Positions 35,437 to 45,441 of a DNA stretch of 64,000 bases are shown piece after piece (position 1 is the first letter of the stretch; every line of letters starts with the position of its first letter). Made by a program: the position numbers and the translations under genes. The DNA is taken from positions 1,536,001 through 1,600,000 of the forward strand of contig CAXXMD010000003.1 of NCBI GenBank assembly GCA_963675755.2, read 5' to 3'. The stretch is from a bacterium. Lineage in GTDB: Bacteria > Zhuqueibacterota > Zhuqueibacteria > Residuimicrobiales > Krinioviventaceae. The notes below the pieces were generated by a model. It was not told the origin of the DNA. It saw only the letters and a list, made by a program, of their open reading frames with translations, and ran no database searches.

Positions 35437-37800
35437 TTATTTGTTAGATGGTGTAATTTCGTGCAAGATAAAGTTTGGATAAAGCACATCGTGGACCTTT
35501 TCAACCATAATTTGATTTGCTAAAGTGAATGTATCTTCAAGACGAATGTCTTTGGAAGAAGCACCAATCTGCACTTTATATTCACCCTTGTCTGCAATCC
35601 AGGCATCAATTCCGCTCCAGAAGGAGGCAAGTGCGCGCTCATCCAGTTCAAAGGACAGGGTCTGGCTTTGACCCGGTTTCAGTAATTTAGTTTTAGCAAA
35701 GCCTTTAAGCTCGTGAACCGGTTTGTATAGTTCTTTTGTGGGAGCAGAAAGATAGAGTTGTGCTACTTCTTTTCCTGCTACTTTGCCGGTGTTTTTAACT
35801 GTTACTGAAACCTGTAATTTATTTGTAAATTTATTGCTGCTTAATTTCAGATCTGAAAATTCAAAGGTGGTGTATGATAATCCAAAACCAAACTCGTAAG
35901 CAGTGGGTACATCGAATGTATCATAGTAACGATAACCGACAAAGATACCGTCATTGTACAGAGAAACGATAGGATCATCTGCAGGTTCACCCGGAAAAGT
36001 ATCGGATGAAGGTACATCCTCATATTTCAGCGGAAAAGAATCCGGAAGTTTACCGGAAGGATTGACGTTACCGATCAGGATATCTGCAACAGCGTGACCA
36101 CCTTCCTGTCCCGGCTGCCATGCCAACAGGATTGCATCTACATAGTCTCTCCAGCTTGCGGTTTCCCATACGCCGCCAACATTGAGTACAACAATCACTT
36201 TTTTGCCCGCAGCGTGGAAAATATCGCTCACGTTTTTAACCAGTTCCATTTCAATCTCGGTGATGGGCAGATAACCGTTTTCATAGTTTTCACCGGCACT
36301 TCTTCCCAGTGTTATAACAGCCAGGTCAGATTTAGATTCGTATTTTTCAATATCTGCTCTGGGTACACGTTGTTCAACGCTGAATGCTACCAGTCTTTCT
36401 TTGAAATGCAAGGGAGACTGATTGCCGGTTATACCATTGTTCTTGCGCATTGTAGGATTGTCAAAATAGGGAGGAACCAGATTTTCGCGTTTGATTTTTT
36501 CTATGTAATTGACATAGTTTTCTTCCATCTCTTTTAATACTTTGAATCCTGCGTCTTGTAAACCTTCGTTTATCGAAACAGTGTGTTTATAACTACGAAC
36601 GCTGCCGCTGCCGGTGCCAAAGGGAATCAGGTGATAACCAATCTTGCCAAACAAAGCTACTTTTTGTTTCTTTTTAAGAGGCAGGGTTTTGTTGTCATTT
36701 TTCAACAATACCATACCTTCACTGGCGGCTTCACGTGCTACCTGTGCATGTGCTTCCAGGTCTGGTTTAAAAGAGGGTTTGTTGCCGTTCATGCTTGGAG
36801 AAGAAAGCTTTAATTTCATGTTATAGTATAAATTTTTATCAAGCATACTTTCATCCAGCTCTTTGTTTTTTAGAGCATTGGTGAGTTCGTTTAGCTCGCG
36901 TTCACTACCGCTCATAAGCAGGTTGTTTCCCGCTCTTACTTTAGCAACGGCATCGCCAAAATGACCGTCAAAGTCAGTCATGAACAGACCTTCAAAACCC
37001 CATTCTTCACGTACTATGTCATGCAGCATTCCTGGGATCTCTGCGGTGTAAAAGCCGTTGAGTTTGTTATATGCAGTCATCATTGCTTTGGGTCTACCTT
37101 CTTTTACCGCAATTTCAAAACCGCGTAAATAGATTTCACGTAAAGCGCGTTGACTGACAACCGCATTGTATTTTCTACGATTCGATTCCTGGTTGTTGGC
37201 AATAAAATGTTTGAGGGTAGCACCTACACCATTGTCTTGCAAGCCCAGTACCATAGATGCAGCCATTTTACCTGAAAGAAGAGGATCTTCAGAATAGTAT
37301 TCGAAATTACGTCCGCAATTGGGATTGCGATGAAGGTTTAATGCGGGCATTAATACCAGATCGTAATCGTATTCAATCAATTCGTTACCAAAGGCCATAC
37401 CTGCTTTTTTTACCAGGTCAACGTTCCAGGTAGCTGCCATACAGGTTGGTGTGGGAAAGGAAGTGGTATACAGGTATCCCGGTTCGCCTTTGTTTTCGTT
37501 GCCTTTGTTGATACCACAAGGGCCATCGGTTAATGCGGTGTTTTTTATTCCCAAACGGGGAATGAGCATTTTTGATTTTCGATTTGCAATGTACTGCTCT
37601 GTTGTATTTTCTTCAAGCTTTTCAGCATTTGGCAGGAACCGTCCATCGCCAACGGTCAGGGCAACTTTTTCTTCCAAAGTTAATTTTGAAACGAGATCTT
37701 TTGCCTTTTGCTCAACGGATTTTCCCGCATCCTGTGCAAAAAGAAAAGAGCCCATTAGACATACTGCTATAATGAAACGGATTGAAAATTTAATTTTCAT
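35437..37800 (-). CDS. GH3 beta-glucosidase
   Basis: TDGP.G, GRNFEYYSEDP, KHFIANNQE, MTDF, NPSGKLP, FGFGLSYT. Confidence 0.93.
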   Translation of the reverse strand: MKIKFSIRFIIAVCLMGSFLFAQDAGKSVEQKAKDLVSKLTLEEKVALTVGDGRFLPNAEKLEENTTEQYIANRKSKMLIPRLGIKNTALTDGPCGINKGNENKGEPGYLYTTSFPTPTCMAATWNVDLVKKAGMAFGNELIEYDYDLVLMPALNLHRNPNCGRNFEYYSEDPLLSGKMAASMVLGLQDNGVGATLKHFIANNQESNRRKYNAVVSQRALREIYLRGFEIAVKEGRPKAMMTAYNKLNGFYTAEIPGMLHDIVREEWGFEGLFMTDFDGHFGDAVAKVRAGNNLLMSGSERELNELTNALKNKELDESMLDKNLYYNMKLKLSSPSMNGNKPSFKPDLEAHAQVAREAASEGMVLLKNDNKTLPLKKKQKVALFGKIGYHLIPFGTGSGSVRSYKHTVSINEGLQDAGFKVLKEMEENYVNYIEKIKRENLVPPYFDNPTMRKNNGITGNQSPLHFKERLVAFSVEQRVPRADIEKYESKSDLAVITLGRSAGENYENGYLPITEIEMELVKNVSDIFHAAGKKVIVVLNVGGVWETASWRDYVDAILLAWQPGQEGGHAVADILIGNVNPSGKLPDSFPLKYEDVPSSDTFPGEPADDPIVSLYNDGIFVGYRYYDTFDVPTAYEFGFGLSYTTFEFSDLKLSSNKFTNKLQVSVTVKNTGKVAGKEVAQLYLSAPTKELYKPVHELKGFAKTKLLKPGQSQTLSFELDERALASFWSGIDAWIADKGEYKVQIGASSKDIRLEDTFTLANQIMVEKVHDVLYPNFILHEITPSNK

Positions 37801-38019
37801 TGCAACTCCTTAAAGGGTTCGGGTGATGATTTATGTAAAAGCATTTATTATTTATTAAAATATGAATCACAAAAATCTATTGTTAGCGATATAATTTATA
37901 TTGAAATGAACCGATTTTGTAAAACAGGGAAAGTAGGGGATGAAATGGAAATACATCCCTAAGGAAATTAATAATTTAGAAGAAATTTACAAACAATTTT
38001 ATGGAATTCGTCAATTTTC

Positions 38020-39399
38020 TTACAATTTTTTACCAGTTTGGCGGTCGAATTTGTCCGGGGTTGGATTGTCTGGTATCTTGTCATCTGTTTGTTTGATCCA
38101 ATTATCAAGAGCAGACCGCATTTCAACCAGAGTGCTTGCATATTTTTGATTACCAGCCAGGTTTTTAAAAGAATCAGGATCTTGTATTATATCATATAAT
38201 TCTTCTTTTGGACGGGGAGCTATAAAACAATCCTGCTGTTCGGGCGGCAATTTACCCTGGGATTGTAATTCGATCATTTTGCGATATGTAATGCTTCGGA
38301 CTGCATCTGCCGGAGGATTGCCATTGAATTGCGGAAAGCTGTTGCGTATATAGAGATATTTTTTATTCCTTACCGAACGTTCATGTGCCTGATAGTCGTG
38401 CCAATTATGCTCGGCAAAAACATAATCCCGTATAGATGCGGAATCCTTTTTTAGCATGGGCACAAAAGATTTACCCTGAAACGTTGGTGTTTGTTTCAAT
38501 CCGGCAAGGTCAAGAATGGTAGGAGCAATGTCAACAGAACTGACCAGATTATCATGAACTGAACCGGCTTTAACCAGAGCAGGATAGCGGATGATAAATG
38601 GAGTTTGAATACCGCTGTCATATAAGCGGGTTTTGCAACGAGGAAAAGGTCTGCCGTTATCACCCAGGAATAACATAAAGGTGTTATCCAGTTCTCCCTG
38701 ATCTTCCAGTAATTTGAACACTTTGCCCATATAGCTGTCCAGTCGTGAAATCTCGTCGTAATAAAGCGCAAGGTCTTTACGGGTCTCGGCATTGTCTGGC
38801 AGAAAAGGCGGGACGATTACATCCTCAGGCTTGTGAGGATTGGGGATGCATTTTTCTTCATAGCCACGGTGTGCGTCAAAAGAAGCAAACCACATAAAGA
38901 ACGGTTTGTCTTTGGGACGTTCCTGTACTACCTGCTCCCAGTATTCACAACCACTGGGACGTCCTTCTTCAATACGGTCAAAATTAACTTTGGCCGCTTC
39001 ACCCATATGCCATTTCCCGGAACTGGCTGTATAATACCCGGCGTTTTTTAGCAATCCCGCAAAAACAACCTGGTCCGCTGGCAGCGGCATGTGCAGTTCA
39101 CCGGCACCGGTAGAATGCGGATACCTGCCGGTCATAATGCTGCATCGGCTGGGACTGCAAGAGCTGATGGTGAGAAACGCATTGGTGAATTTTACACCTT
39201 CTTTTGCCATTCGGTCAATGTTGGGTGTTTTTATGTGAGGATGTCCATAGGCACCAATATCGTTCCAGCTTACATCGTCCGAGATAAAGATAATAAAGTT
39301 GGGTTGTTTTTTTGGTGCTGCGCAAGCCATGGGCATGGCGGCCGCTCCCAAAAGGGAGAGGCCCATGCGTTTCATAAAAGAACGTCGGGTTGTTTGCAT
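38020..39399 (-). CDS. Tat-exported formylglycine sulfatase (sulfamidase-like)
   Basis: TRRSFM signal; SDD; CSPSRCSIMTG; GKWH; GDNG. Confidence 0.92.
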   Translation of the reverse strand: MQTTRRSFMKRMGLSLLGAAAMPMACAAPKKQPNFIIFISDDVSWNDIGAYGHPHIKTPNIDRMAKEGVKFTNAFLTISSCSPSRCSIMTGRYPHSTGAGELHMPLPADQVVFAGLLKNAGYYTASSGKWHMGEAAKVNFDRIEEGRPSGCEYWEQVVQERPKDKPFFMWFASFDAHRGYEEKCIPNPHKPEDVIVPPFLPDNAETRKDLALYYDEISRLDSYMGKVFKLLEDQGELDNTFMLFLGDNGRPFPRCKTRLYDSGIQTPFIIRYPALVKAGSVHDNLVSSVDIAPTILDLAGLKQTPTFQGKSFVPMLKKDSASIRDYVFAEHNWHDYQAHERSVRNKKYLYIRNSFPQFNGNPPADAVRSITYRKMIELQSQGKLPPEQQDCFIAPRPKEELYDIIQDPDSFKNLAGNQKYASTLVEMRSALDNWIKQTDDKIPDNPTPDKFDRQTGKKL

Positions 39400-39415
39400 T
39401 CCAGCTCCGATTGAT

Positions 39416-40918
39416 TTATACTGATTTTACGTTCAGCATTTCTGTTGATGCTGTTTTTCCTGCGGAATCAATAGTTTTGATCTGATACTCTATTGCAGTT
39501 GTTGTATTCAAGGTGTCATTATATTGAAACGGTGACAGTGTTGTTTGCGGTTTGTGCGCAACCTCTGCAATTTTTTGATTGTCGCGCCAGATCTCATAAG
39601 TTTTGATCGGATCGTTACCTGCATACGCGGTGTTCCAGCTAAGAGAAATGGTCCGTTTGCCATCAACGACTTTTTGCTCAACATTGGGATCGTTCACTGC
39701 GCTGAGACCACCTTCCTCAATCTGAAAATAGTTGGTCTTGCCGTCTTTGATGGGACGGGTCAGGTTTTCGATCTGTTCACGTTCGGTCGCACTCAATCCA
39801 TTTACGGCAATCTGGGCTGCGGACAGGTTTTGTTCAAGCTGGCATTTTTTCGTATCGATATTGTCGATCTGACCAATACCGATGATACCAGTATGAACTC
39901 CCGGAGTGGAGAGACTGTATTCGACTAACGGACGACTGGCCAGATCTGGAGTGCCCACACTGCGAATGACATGTTCCGGTTTATTGGAAAAATGCGCACC
40001 CTTGCTGTACATGGCACCATCCGCAAAGACTTTCATGGCGATCACGCCCATGTTTTTTGCCTCTGCAACGGGTATTACATTGTGCTGCATGTTCATGTAC
40101 AACCGGTCATTGCTGTTGATGGCAACCAGCATGCCGTCTAATATATTGTCTTTGTCACGGCGGATAAATTCCATCATAACCGGTGCGGAATAATGGCCGG
40201 AGAAACCGATATGGCGAATCAGCTTTTCCTCTTTGGGATTCAGGCCAGTCAGGTTGGTTCCGTCCCGCACATCGCGTAGTGCCGCAAGTGCACCGATATG
40301 TTCTTCTGAAGGGGAGGTGTTATCAAGTCCCATAAAGAGCACATCCAGTTCTTCACTGCGTCGAATAGTATGAATGAGCACCATATCCAGATAGGCGCCT
40401 TTTGGGTAATTGCCGTTACCATCACCAAAGATCTGGCTGAGGGTGCGTTTTACATCGTCGATGGCCAAAGATCCTTCAGGTCCGTTGGTACCGTTTCTAA
40501 CACCTTTGTAGTCATAACCGCCCTTGCCCCAACGGATTCGGGTTTTGCTGGTCAAAAAGATGGACCGGCGCAGGGCTTCATTGTATCCCGATTTTCCGGG
40601 AATGAGATCCAGTTCCCGAAAGGCTTTTCCATAATTGAGTTGACTGGGACCGTAAAGGTTGGATGTATCGTAATAGTTTATCTTTTTCTCAAATGCTTTA
40701 TGAATAATCGCAGTGGGATCAACACCCTCCGGGGTCCACTGAATGGACGCTTGTCCACCAAGTCCAAGTGTAGTGACCTCAAAATCAAGTTTGCCAAAGG
40801 GGCGAGTCATGGGTTTGCTTACACCGGTTTTACCGCAATTGAACAAGGGAGCGGAAAAAGCAGCAGCAGTTGTGGTTTTGATAAAATTACGGCGGGTAAA
40901 TTTATATAGATTTGACAT
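39416..40918 (-). CDS. Tat-signal aldo/keto reductase with C-terminal Fn3-like domain
   Basis: TRRNFIK; RPFGK...LGLGG; INYYDTSNLYG; IGFSGH; IAMKV; C-terminal LSW...YEIWRD...Y.D...YQI...D..G; GGAGG RBS. Confidence 0.82.
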   Translation of the reverse strand: MSNLYKFTRRNFIKTTTAAAFSAPLFNCGKTGVSKPMTRPFGKLDFEVTTLGLGGQASIQWTPEGVDPTAIIHKAFEKKINYYDTSNLYGPSQLNYGKAFRELDLIPGKSGYNEALRRSIFLTSKTRIRWGKGGYDYKGVRNGTNGPEGSLAIDDVKRTLSQIFGDGNGNYPKGAYLDMVLIHTIRRSEELDVLFMGLDNTSPSEEHIGALAALRDVRDGTNLTGLNPKEEKLIRHIGFSGHYSAPVMMEFIRRDKDNILDGMLVAINSNDRLYMNMQHNVIPVAEAKNMGVIAMKVFADGAMYSKGAHFSNKPEHVIRSVGTPDLASRPLVEYSLSTPGVHTGIIGIGQIDNIDTKKCQLEQNLSAAQIAVNGLSATEREQIENLTRPIKDGKTNYFQIEEGGLSAVNDPNVEQKVVDGKRTISLSWNTAYAGNDPIKTYEIWRDNQKIAEVAHKPQTTLSPFQYNDTLNTTTAIEYQIKTIDSAGKTASTEMLNVKSV

Positions 40919-41012
40919 ACGAATAACCTCCATGATTAAACAAACATCATTACAGTGTAAAAGATTTTGAACTGATATGCAATATTTTTTTTAAATCTGG
41001 TGTCTATTGCGG

Positions 41013-41429
41013 TTAAAAGCGTATGCGTCCCCGGTTTTGTTTGATTGAGCTTTTGTGTTTTTTAGCATCCAATCGTCGTTGTTTTGCTGCTTTTGAAATG
41101 CGGGTTCTGCGTCTTTTCGGGCGGGTTTTGAGCGCTTCTCGCAAGAGATCGATAAATTTCTCGATCGCGTCTTCCTTGTTGGCATACTGACTTCGCGAGT
41201 CCTGCGAGGTGATTTGTAAAATCCCCTCTTTGGTAATACGGTTGCCAAGCTTTTCCTGGATACGCGCTTTTTGTTCATCCGACAAGTACTGTGAATTCAT
41301 TACATCAAATTCCAGCAATACCTTGGTGTTGACCTTGTTCACATGCTGTCCACCGGGACCGCCGCTGCGTGAAGTAGAAAAGGAAAGCTCTGATTCGTCT
41401 ATGAATGTTGTGGGATTTAATTCGATCAT
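41013..41429 (-). CDS. arfB: Alternative ribosome rescue factor B (peptidyl-tRNA hydrolase)
   Basis: SRSGGPGGQHVNKVNTKV, RSQ..N, basic C-terminal tail. Confidence 0.95.
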   Translation of the reverse strand: MIELNPTTFIDESELSFSTSRSGGPGGQHVNKVNTKVLLEFDVMNSQYLSDEQKARIQEKLGNRITKEGILQITSQDSRSQYANKEDAIEKFIDLLREALKTRPKRRRTRISKAAKQRRLDAKKHKSSIKQNRGRIRF

Positions 41430-41601
41430 ATTTTGCTAAAATTTAGTGAACCCCATATTACAAATAATTATGAAAACCTGCAAGAGGGGATTTCTGTTTT
41501 TGATTTAAAAGGGATTGCAATAAATTAGAAATTTAAATATAATATGACAGGGAATTAACTACATAAATCAAATATCAAGAATGACACATAAATGTAAAAG
41601 A

Positions 41602-42054
41602 TGCCCACGAATAACACGAATATGCACGAATTAAAAGGGGGAGTTATGAACGATTTGATTTATGACAAGGAAAGTTATAAAATATTGGGTGCCTGTTTTC
41701 AGGTTTATAATCAAATGGGATCTGGATTTCTGGAAGCAGTATATCAAGAGTGTCTGGAAATTGAATTTCAATATCAACAAATTCCTTTTTGTTCACAAAA
41801 AGAAATACAGTTAAAATATCGAAACATTATATTGAATAAAACATTTAAACCAGATTTTATTTGTTATGGTAAAATAATAGTAGTAATCAAGTCTGTATCT
41901 CAATTATTAAAAGAACATCAATCACAGGTATTGAATTATCTGAATGCAACAGGTTATAAATTAGGATTGCTTGTAAATTTTGGACAATATCCTAAAGTAG
42001 AGTATAAACGGTTAATACTTTAAAATCTGTGATAATCTGTGTTATCCGTGGGCA
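41602..42054. repeat. Imperfect inverted repeats, built of short tandem units, flanking the GxxExxY gene
   Basis: Left TGCCCACGAATAACACGAATATGCACGAATT (41602-41632); right end reverse-complements to TGCCCACGGATAACACAGATTATCACAGATT (42024-42054). Confidence 0.75.
41646..42023 (+). CDS. GxxExxY protein (PD-(D/E)XK-like)
   Basis: GSGFLEAVYQECL, PDFIC, Q.LNYL.ATG..LGLLVNFG; GGGGAG RBS. Confidence 0.92.
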   Translation: MNDLIYDKESYKILGACFQVYNQMGSGFLEAVYQECLEIEFQYQQIPFCSQKEIQLKYRNIILNKTFKPDFICYGKIIVVIKSVSQLLKEHQSQVLNYLNATGYKLGLLVNFGQYPKVEYKRLIL

Positions 42055-42084
42055 GAATGCTTTTTTATTATGTATAATAAAAAA

Positions 42085-42113
42085 AACGTGACAGAGAAAA
42101 CCTCTGTCACGTT
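42085..42113. terminator. Terminator between convergent GxxExxY and GH3 genes, resembling the palindrome family
   Basis: AACGTGACAGAG-AAAAC-CTCTGTCACGTT with a T-run on the minus strand. Confidence 0.7.
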
Positions 42114-42139
42114 AAAATTCGAGTATATTTTTCTAGTAT

Positions 42140-44803
42140 TTATTCTACATAAAACGTCTTGCCGGTGACCTCGAACTGGCTGGTTATTACATCTGTGGTT
42201 GAGGGACCGGGAACATCGGGTTGTTTTCCACCTACCGAAACCTTGAACAATCCCGGTTCTACTATACGCAGATTTTCTTTGTTGGTAAATGAAAGCTGAC
42301 GGGGATCAAGAGTAAATTTTACGGTTTTTGATTTCCCGGGATCCAGATAAATCCGTTTGAATCCCTGCAAAGTACGGATAGGTGTGGGAACAGACGCTTT
42401 TATGTCTGATATATAGAGTTGAACGACTTCTTCACCACCCATTTGACCGGTATTTTCTACCTCAATAGAGATATTGACCGGCTCGCCCGAAGCAATTTGC
42501 TCCGGCAACTCAAGGTTGTGATAGCGGAATGTAGTGTATGACATACCATGACCGAATGCGTACAAGGGCATACCGTCAAAATACCGGTATGTCTGGTTAA
42601 CCAGGTTGTATTCTTTGAACGGCGGGAGCTGATCAACGGATTTGTAAAAAGTAACCGGCAAACGTCCACCCGGATTGTAATCGCCAAACAATACATCGGC
42701 AATAGCTTGTCCCGCAGCTTGTCCGGGATACCAGGCTTGCAAAATAGCAGGTATGTTTTCATCCGCCCAATTGATAGAAACGGCACTTCCGCTCATGTTA
42801 ACCAGAACCATCGGTTTACCCAACCGATTTAGGGTTTTCATGAGATTTTCCTGAATGGCGGGCAGGTCGAGTGTTAACCGGTCTCCTCCTGCAAAACCTT
42901 CAACTTTGACCCGCATCTCTTCGCCTTCTAACCGGGGCGATAATCCCATAACCAGGATGACCACATCTGCGTCTTTGGCAGCTTCTATGGCTTCATATTC
43001 ATAATCGCGTCCGGGAGGTGACCAGATCAGGTGCGCAAAGGCGTCTCCCTGTCTTTCCATAAATTCAAAAGTAATGGGATACGTTTCGCCTTTGATCAGA
43101 TCAATGGTCTCGTAACGTTTGTTTGCATGATGTGTATTGCTAAAGGTAACAAACTCTTCATCATTGATATAAAGGTTAAAAGCGTTAAAGGCTTCGCCGC
43201 CAATAGAATAGCTGCCGGTTACAGGAGCTGTAAATTCTCCACTCCAACGGATACTGAAATTGTCATCATCCAGTTCTTCAGAGGGTGATTTATCCCACCA
43301 GTTAAAATCCACATTTTTATCTATACGTGTAAATACCGGATCACCTTCCAGTTTGTTGTTGTTGAAATATTCTGCAGTAAGACCGTTTACACGCTTGCCA
43401 TCTTTGTCTATTGTAAACAGTACGCTGTCAGGAATAATCTCAAAAACCGGCAGTCCTGCTGCCCATTCACATCCCAACGCGTAATTGACTTGCGTGTTTT
43501 CACCCACTTTATCGATAATACCCTGCAACGGGGTAATGGGATTGGTGGGATAACCGTTATAGTTACCGAGCAATACTTCCTGGTCGTTAGCATTAGGACC
43601 AATAACCGCAATGGTTTTCAGATTTTTGGAAAGGGGAAGTGCATTGTTTTCGTTTTTTAACAAGACCATGGATTTTCTGGCAGTTTCCAATGCAAGATCA
43701 CGGTGTGCTTTGCAATCCACAATATCATACGGAATTTTAGCATAAGGCACCATATCTTCAGGATCAAACATACCCAGCTTGAATCGTGCTGTAAACAATC
43801 GTTTCAGAGAGACATCAATTTCTTCTTCAGTGATTAATCCTTTTTCAACAGCCTCAACCAGTTGTTGATACTCGCTGCCGCAGTTGAGATCGGTACCGGA
43901 TTTTACAGCCAGAGCCGCGGCTTCGGGCCGGGTTTCTACTACTTTGTGATACTTCCAGAAATCACGTATTGCACCACAATCGGAAACTACATAACCATCA
44001 AAGCCCCATTCATCGCGAAGGATTTTGTTACCCAATCGGTCGCTGCCGCAACAGGTTTCACCCATATAACGGTTATAGGCACACATGACAGAATAGGCTC
44101 CAGATTCCATAATGGTTGTTCTAAAGTGGGGAAGATAAAAATCTCTCAAATCCCGTTCACTGGTTTTGGCATCAAAAGTATGACGATCGGGTTCTGGACC
44201 GCTATGTACCGCATAATGTTTTACAGTAGCTACGACTTTGAGATATTTCGGGTGATTGCCCTGTAATCCTTTTACGAAATTGACACCAAGGCGTGAAGTA
44301 AGATAGGGATCTTCACCATAGGTTTCCATACCCCGACCCCAACGTGGATCACGAAAAATATTAATATTGGGTGACCAAAAAGTAAGACCCTGGTAGATTC
44401 CATGTTTTCCGTTCCTGATAAAGTTGTGGTGTTTTGCTCTTGCTTCATCGGATATAGCCGTCGCAACCTGATACATGTGTTTGGTATCCCAGGTGGCTGC
44501 AATGCCTATTGCCTGTGGAAATACAGTCGCTCTACCTGCACGTGCAACTCCATGCAGACATTCGTTCCACCAGTTGTACGCAGGAATATCCAATTCAGGG
44601 ATTGCAGGAGCATCGTTAACCATCTGAGAGGTTTTTTGCTCAAGGGTCATTCTACTGACCAGATCATCAACACGTTCTTCTGTGGAAAGCGTGGGATTTT
44701 TATAAGTGGGTAGTTGACTGTAATCAACTTTTTCACCACAGCTTGTAAAAAGAAATGTTGATAAAATTAATGATATAAGCAGTAATAAAGATTTACTGTT
44801 CAT
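42140..44803 (-). CDS. GH3 beta-xylosidase/glucosidase with PA14 insert, lipoprotein
   Basis: WWNECLHGVAR, WSPNINIFRDPRWGRG.ETYGEDP, VVSDCGA, GLSPRLEGEE. Confidence 0.93.
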   Translation of the reverse strand: MNSKSLLLLISLILSTFLFTSCGEKVDYSQLPTYKNPTLSTEERVDDLVSRMTLEQKTSQMVNDAPAIPELDIPAYNWWNECLHGVARAGRATVFPQAIGIAATWDTKHMYQVATAISDEARAKHHNFIRNGKHGIYQGLTFWSPNINIFRDPRWGRGMETYGEDPYLTSRLGVNFVKGLQGNHPKYLKVVATVKHYAVHSGPEPDRHTFDAKTSERDLRDFYLPHFRTTIMESGAYSVMCAYNRYMGETCCGSDRLGNKILRDEWGFDGYVVSDCGAIRDFWKYHKVVETRPEAAALAVKSGTDLNCGSEYQQLVEAVEKGLITEEEIDVSLKRLFTARFKLGMFDPEDMVPYAKIPYDIVDCKAHRDLALETARKSMVLLKNENNALPLSKNLKTIAVIGPNANDQEVLLGNYNGYPTNPITPLQGIIDKVGENTQVNYALGCEWAAGLPVFEIIPDSVLFTIDKDGKRVNGLTAEYFNNNKLEGDPVFTRIDKNVDFNWWDKSPSEELDDDNFSIRWSGEFTAPVTGSYSIGGEAFNAFNLYINDEEFVTFSNTHHANKRYETIDLIKGETYPITFEFMERQGDAFAHLIWSPPGRDYEYEAIEAAKDADVVILVMGLSPRLEGEEMRVKVEGFAGGDRLTLDLPAIQENLMKTLNRLGKPMVLVNMSGSAVSINWADENIPAILQAWYPGQAAGQAIADVLFGDYNPGGRLPVTFYKSVDQLPPFKEYNLVNQTYRYFDGMPLYAFGHGMSYTTFRYHNLELPEQIASGEPVNISIEVENTGQMGGEEVVQLYISDIKASVPTPIRTLQGFKRIYLDPGKSKTVKFTLDPRQLSFTNKENLRIVEPGLFKVSVGGKQPDVPGPSTTDVITSQFEVTGKTFYVE

Positions 44804-44926
44804 AGAGTACTCCCAGGGTTTTCAAAAATCAAATATATTTCAGGAACCCACAATGTTACATAACAATGGAATAAAATTCAAGTAAAATAAAGACTTTTTT
44901 AAGGTTTAAGAATGTAAGAGGGGGAT

Positions 44927-45316
44927 TTAAGGATCAGCTTTGATGATATGAAAACCAAATTCGGTTTTCACAATATCGCTGATTTCACCACTTTTCAGCT
45001 TGAATGCCGCATTTTCAAAGGGAATTGCCATTACACCACGTTTAAAGGGATCCAGCTTGCCGCCCTGACTGCTGCTGACACAATCGGAATATTGTTTGGC
45101 AATTTCTGCAAAATGACCACCGTTTTTGACCTGGTATAACAATTCATTGGCAATTGCATAAGCTTCCTGCTTTGTGCGTGTTAATGAGGCAGGGGCCATA
45201 GATGCGCCTCTGTACATGACCAGTATATGGCTTACATGGGCTATGTCTTGCTCTTTCTCTTTGCATGAAGAAAATAAAGTGATTGCCAAAAGAATAGCGG
45301 TTGACCATTTTAACAT
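44927..45316 (-). CDS. Parvulin-type peptidyl-prolyl isomerase, lipoprotein
   Basis: SHILV, FAEIAKQYSD, GG.L, M..PFENAAF.L, T.FGFHIIK. Confidence 0.9.
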   Translation of the reverse strand: MLKWSTAILLAITLFSSCKEKEQDIAHVSHILVMYRGASMAPASLTRTKQEAYAIANELLYQVKNGGHFAEIAKQYSDCVSSSQGGKLDPFKRGVMAIPFENAAFKLKSGEISDIVKTEFGFHIIKADP

Positions 45317-45441
45317 AAAATCCTCAATAAATTCCAGTAACAAACTTACAAATTCCCGTATACATATCAAAGCATATTTCTATACGAAAAGGTGTTTATT
45401 AAAAGACAAATTTATTATATTCAATTAATCATTAATTCCGG

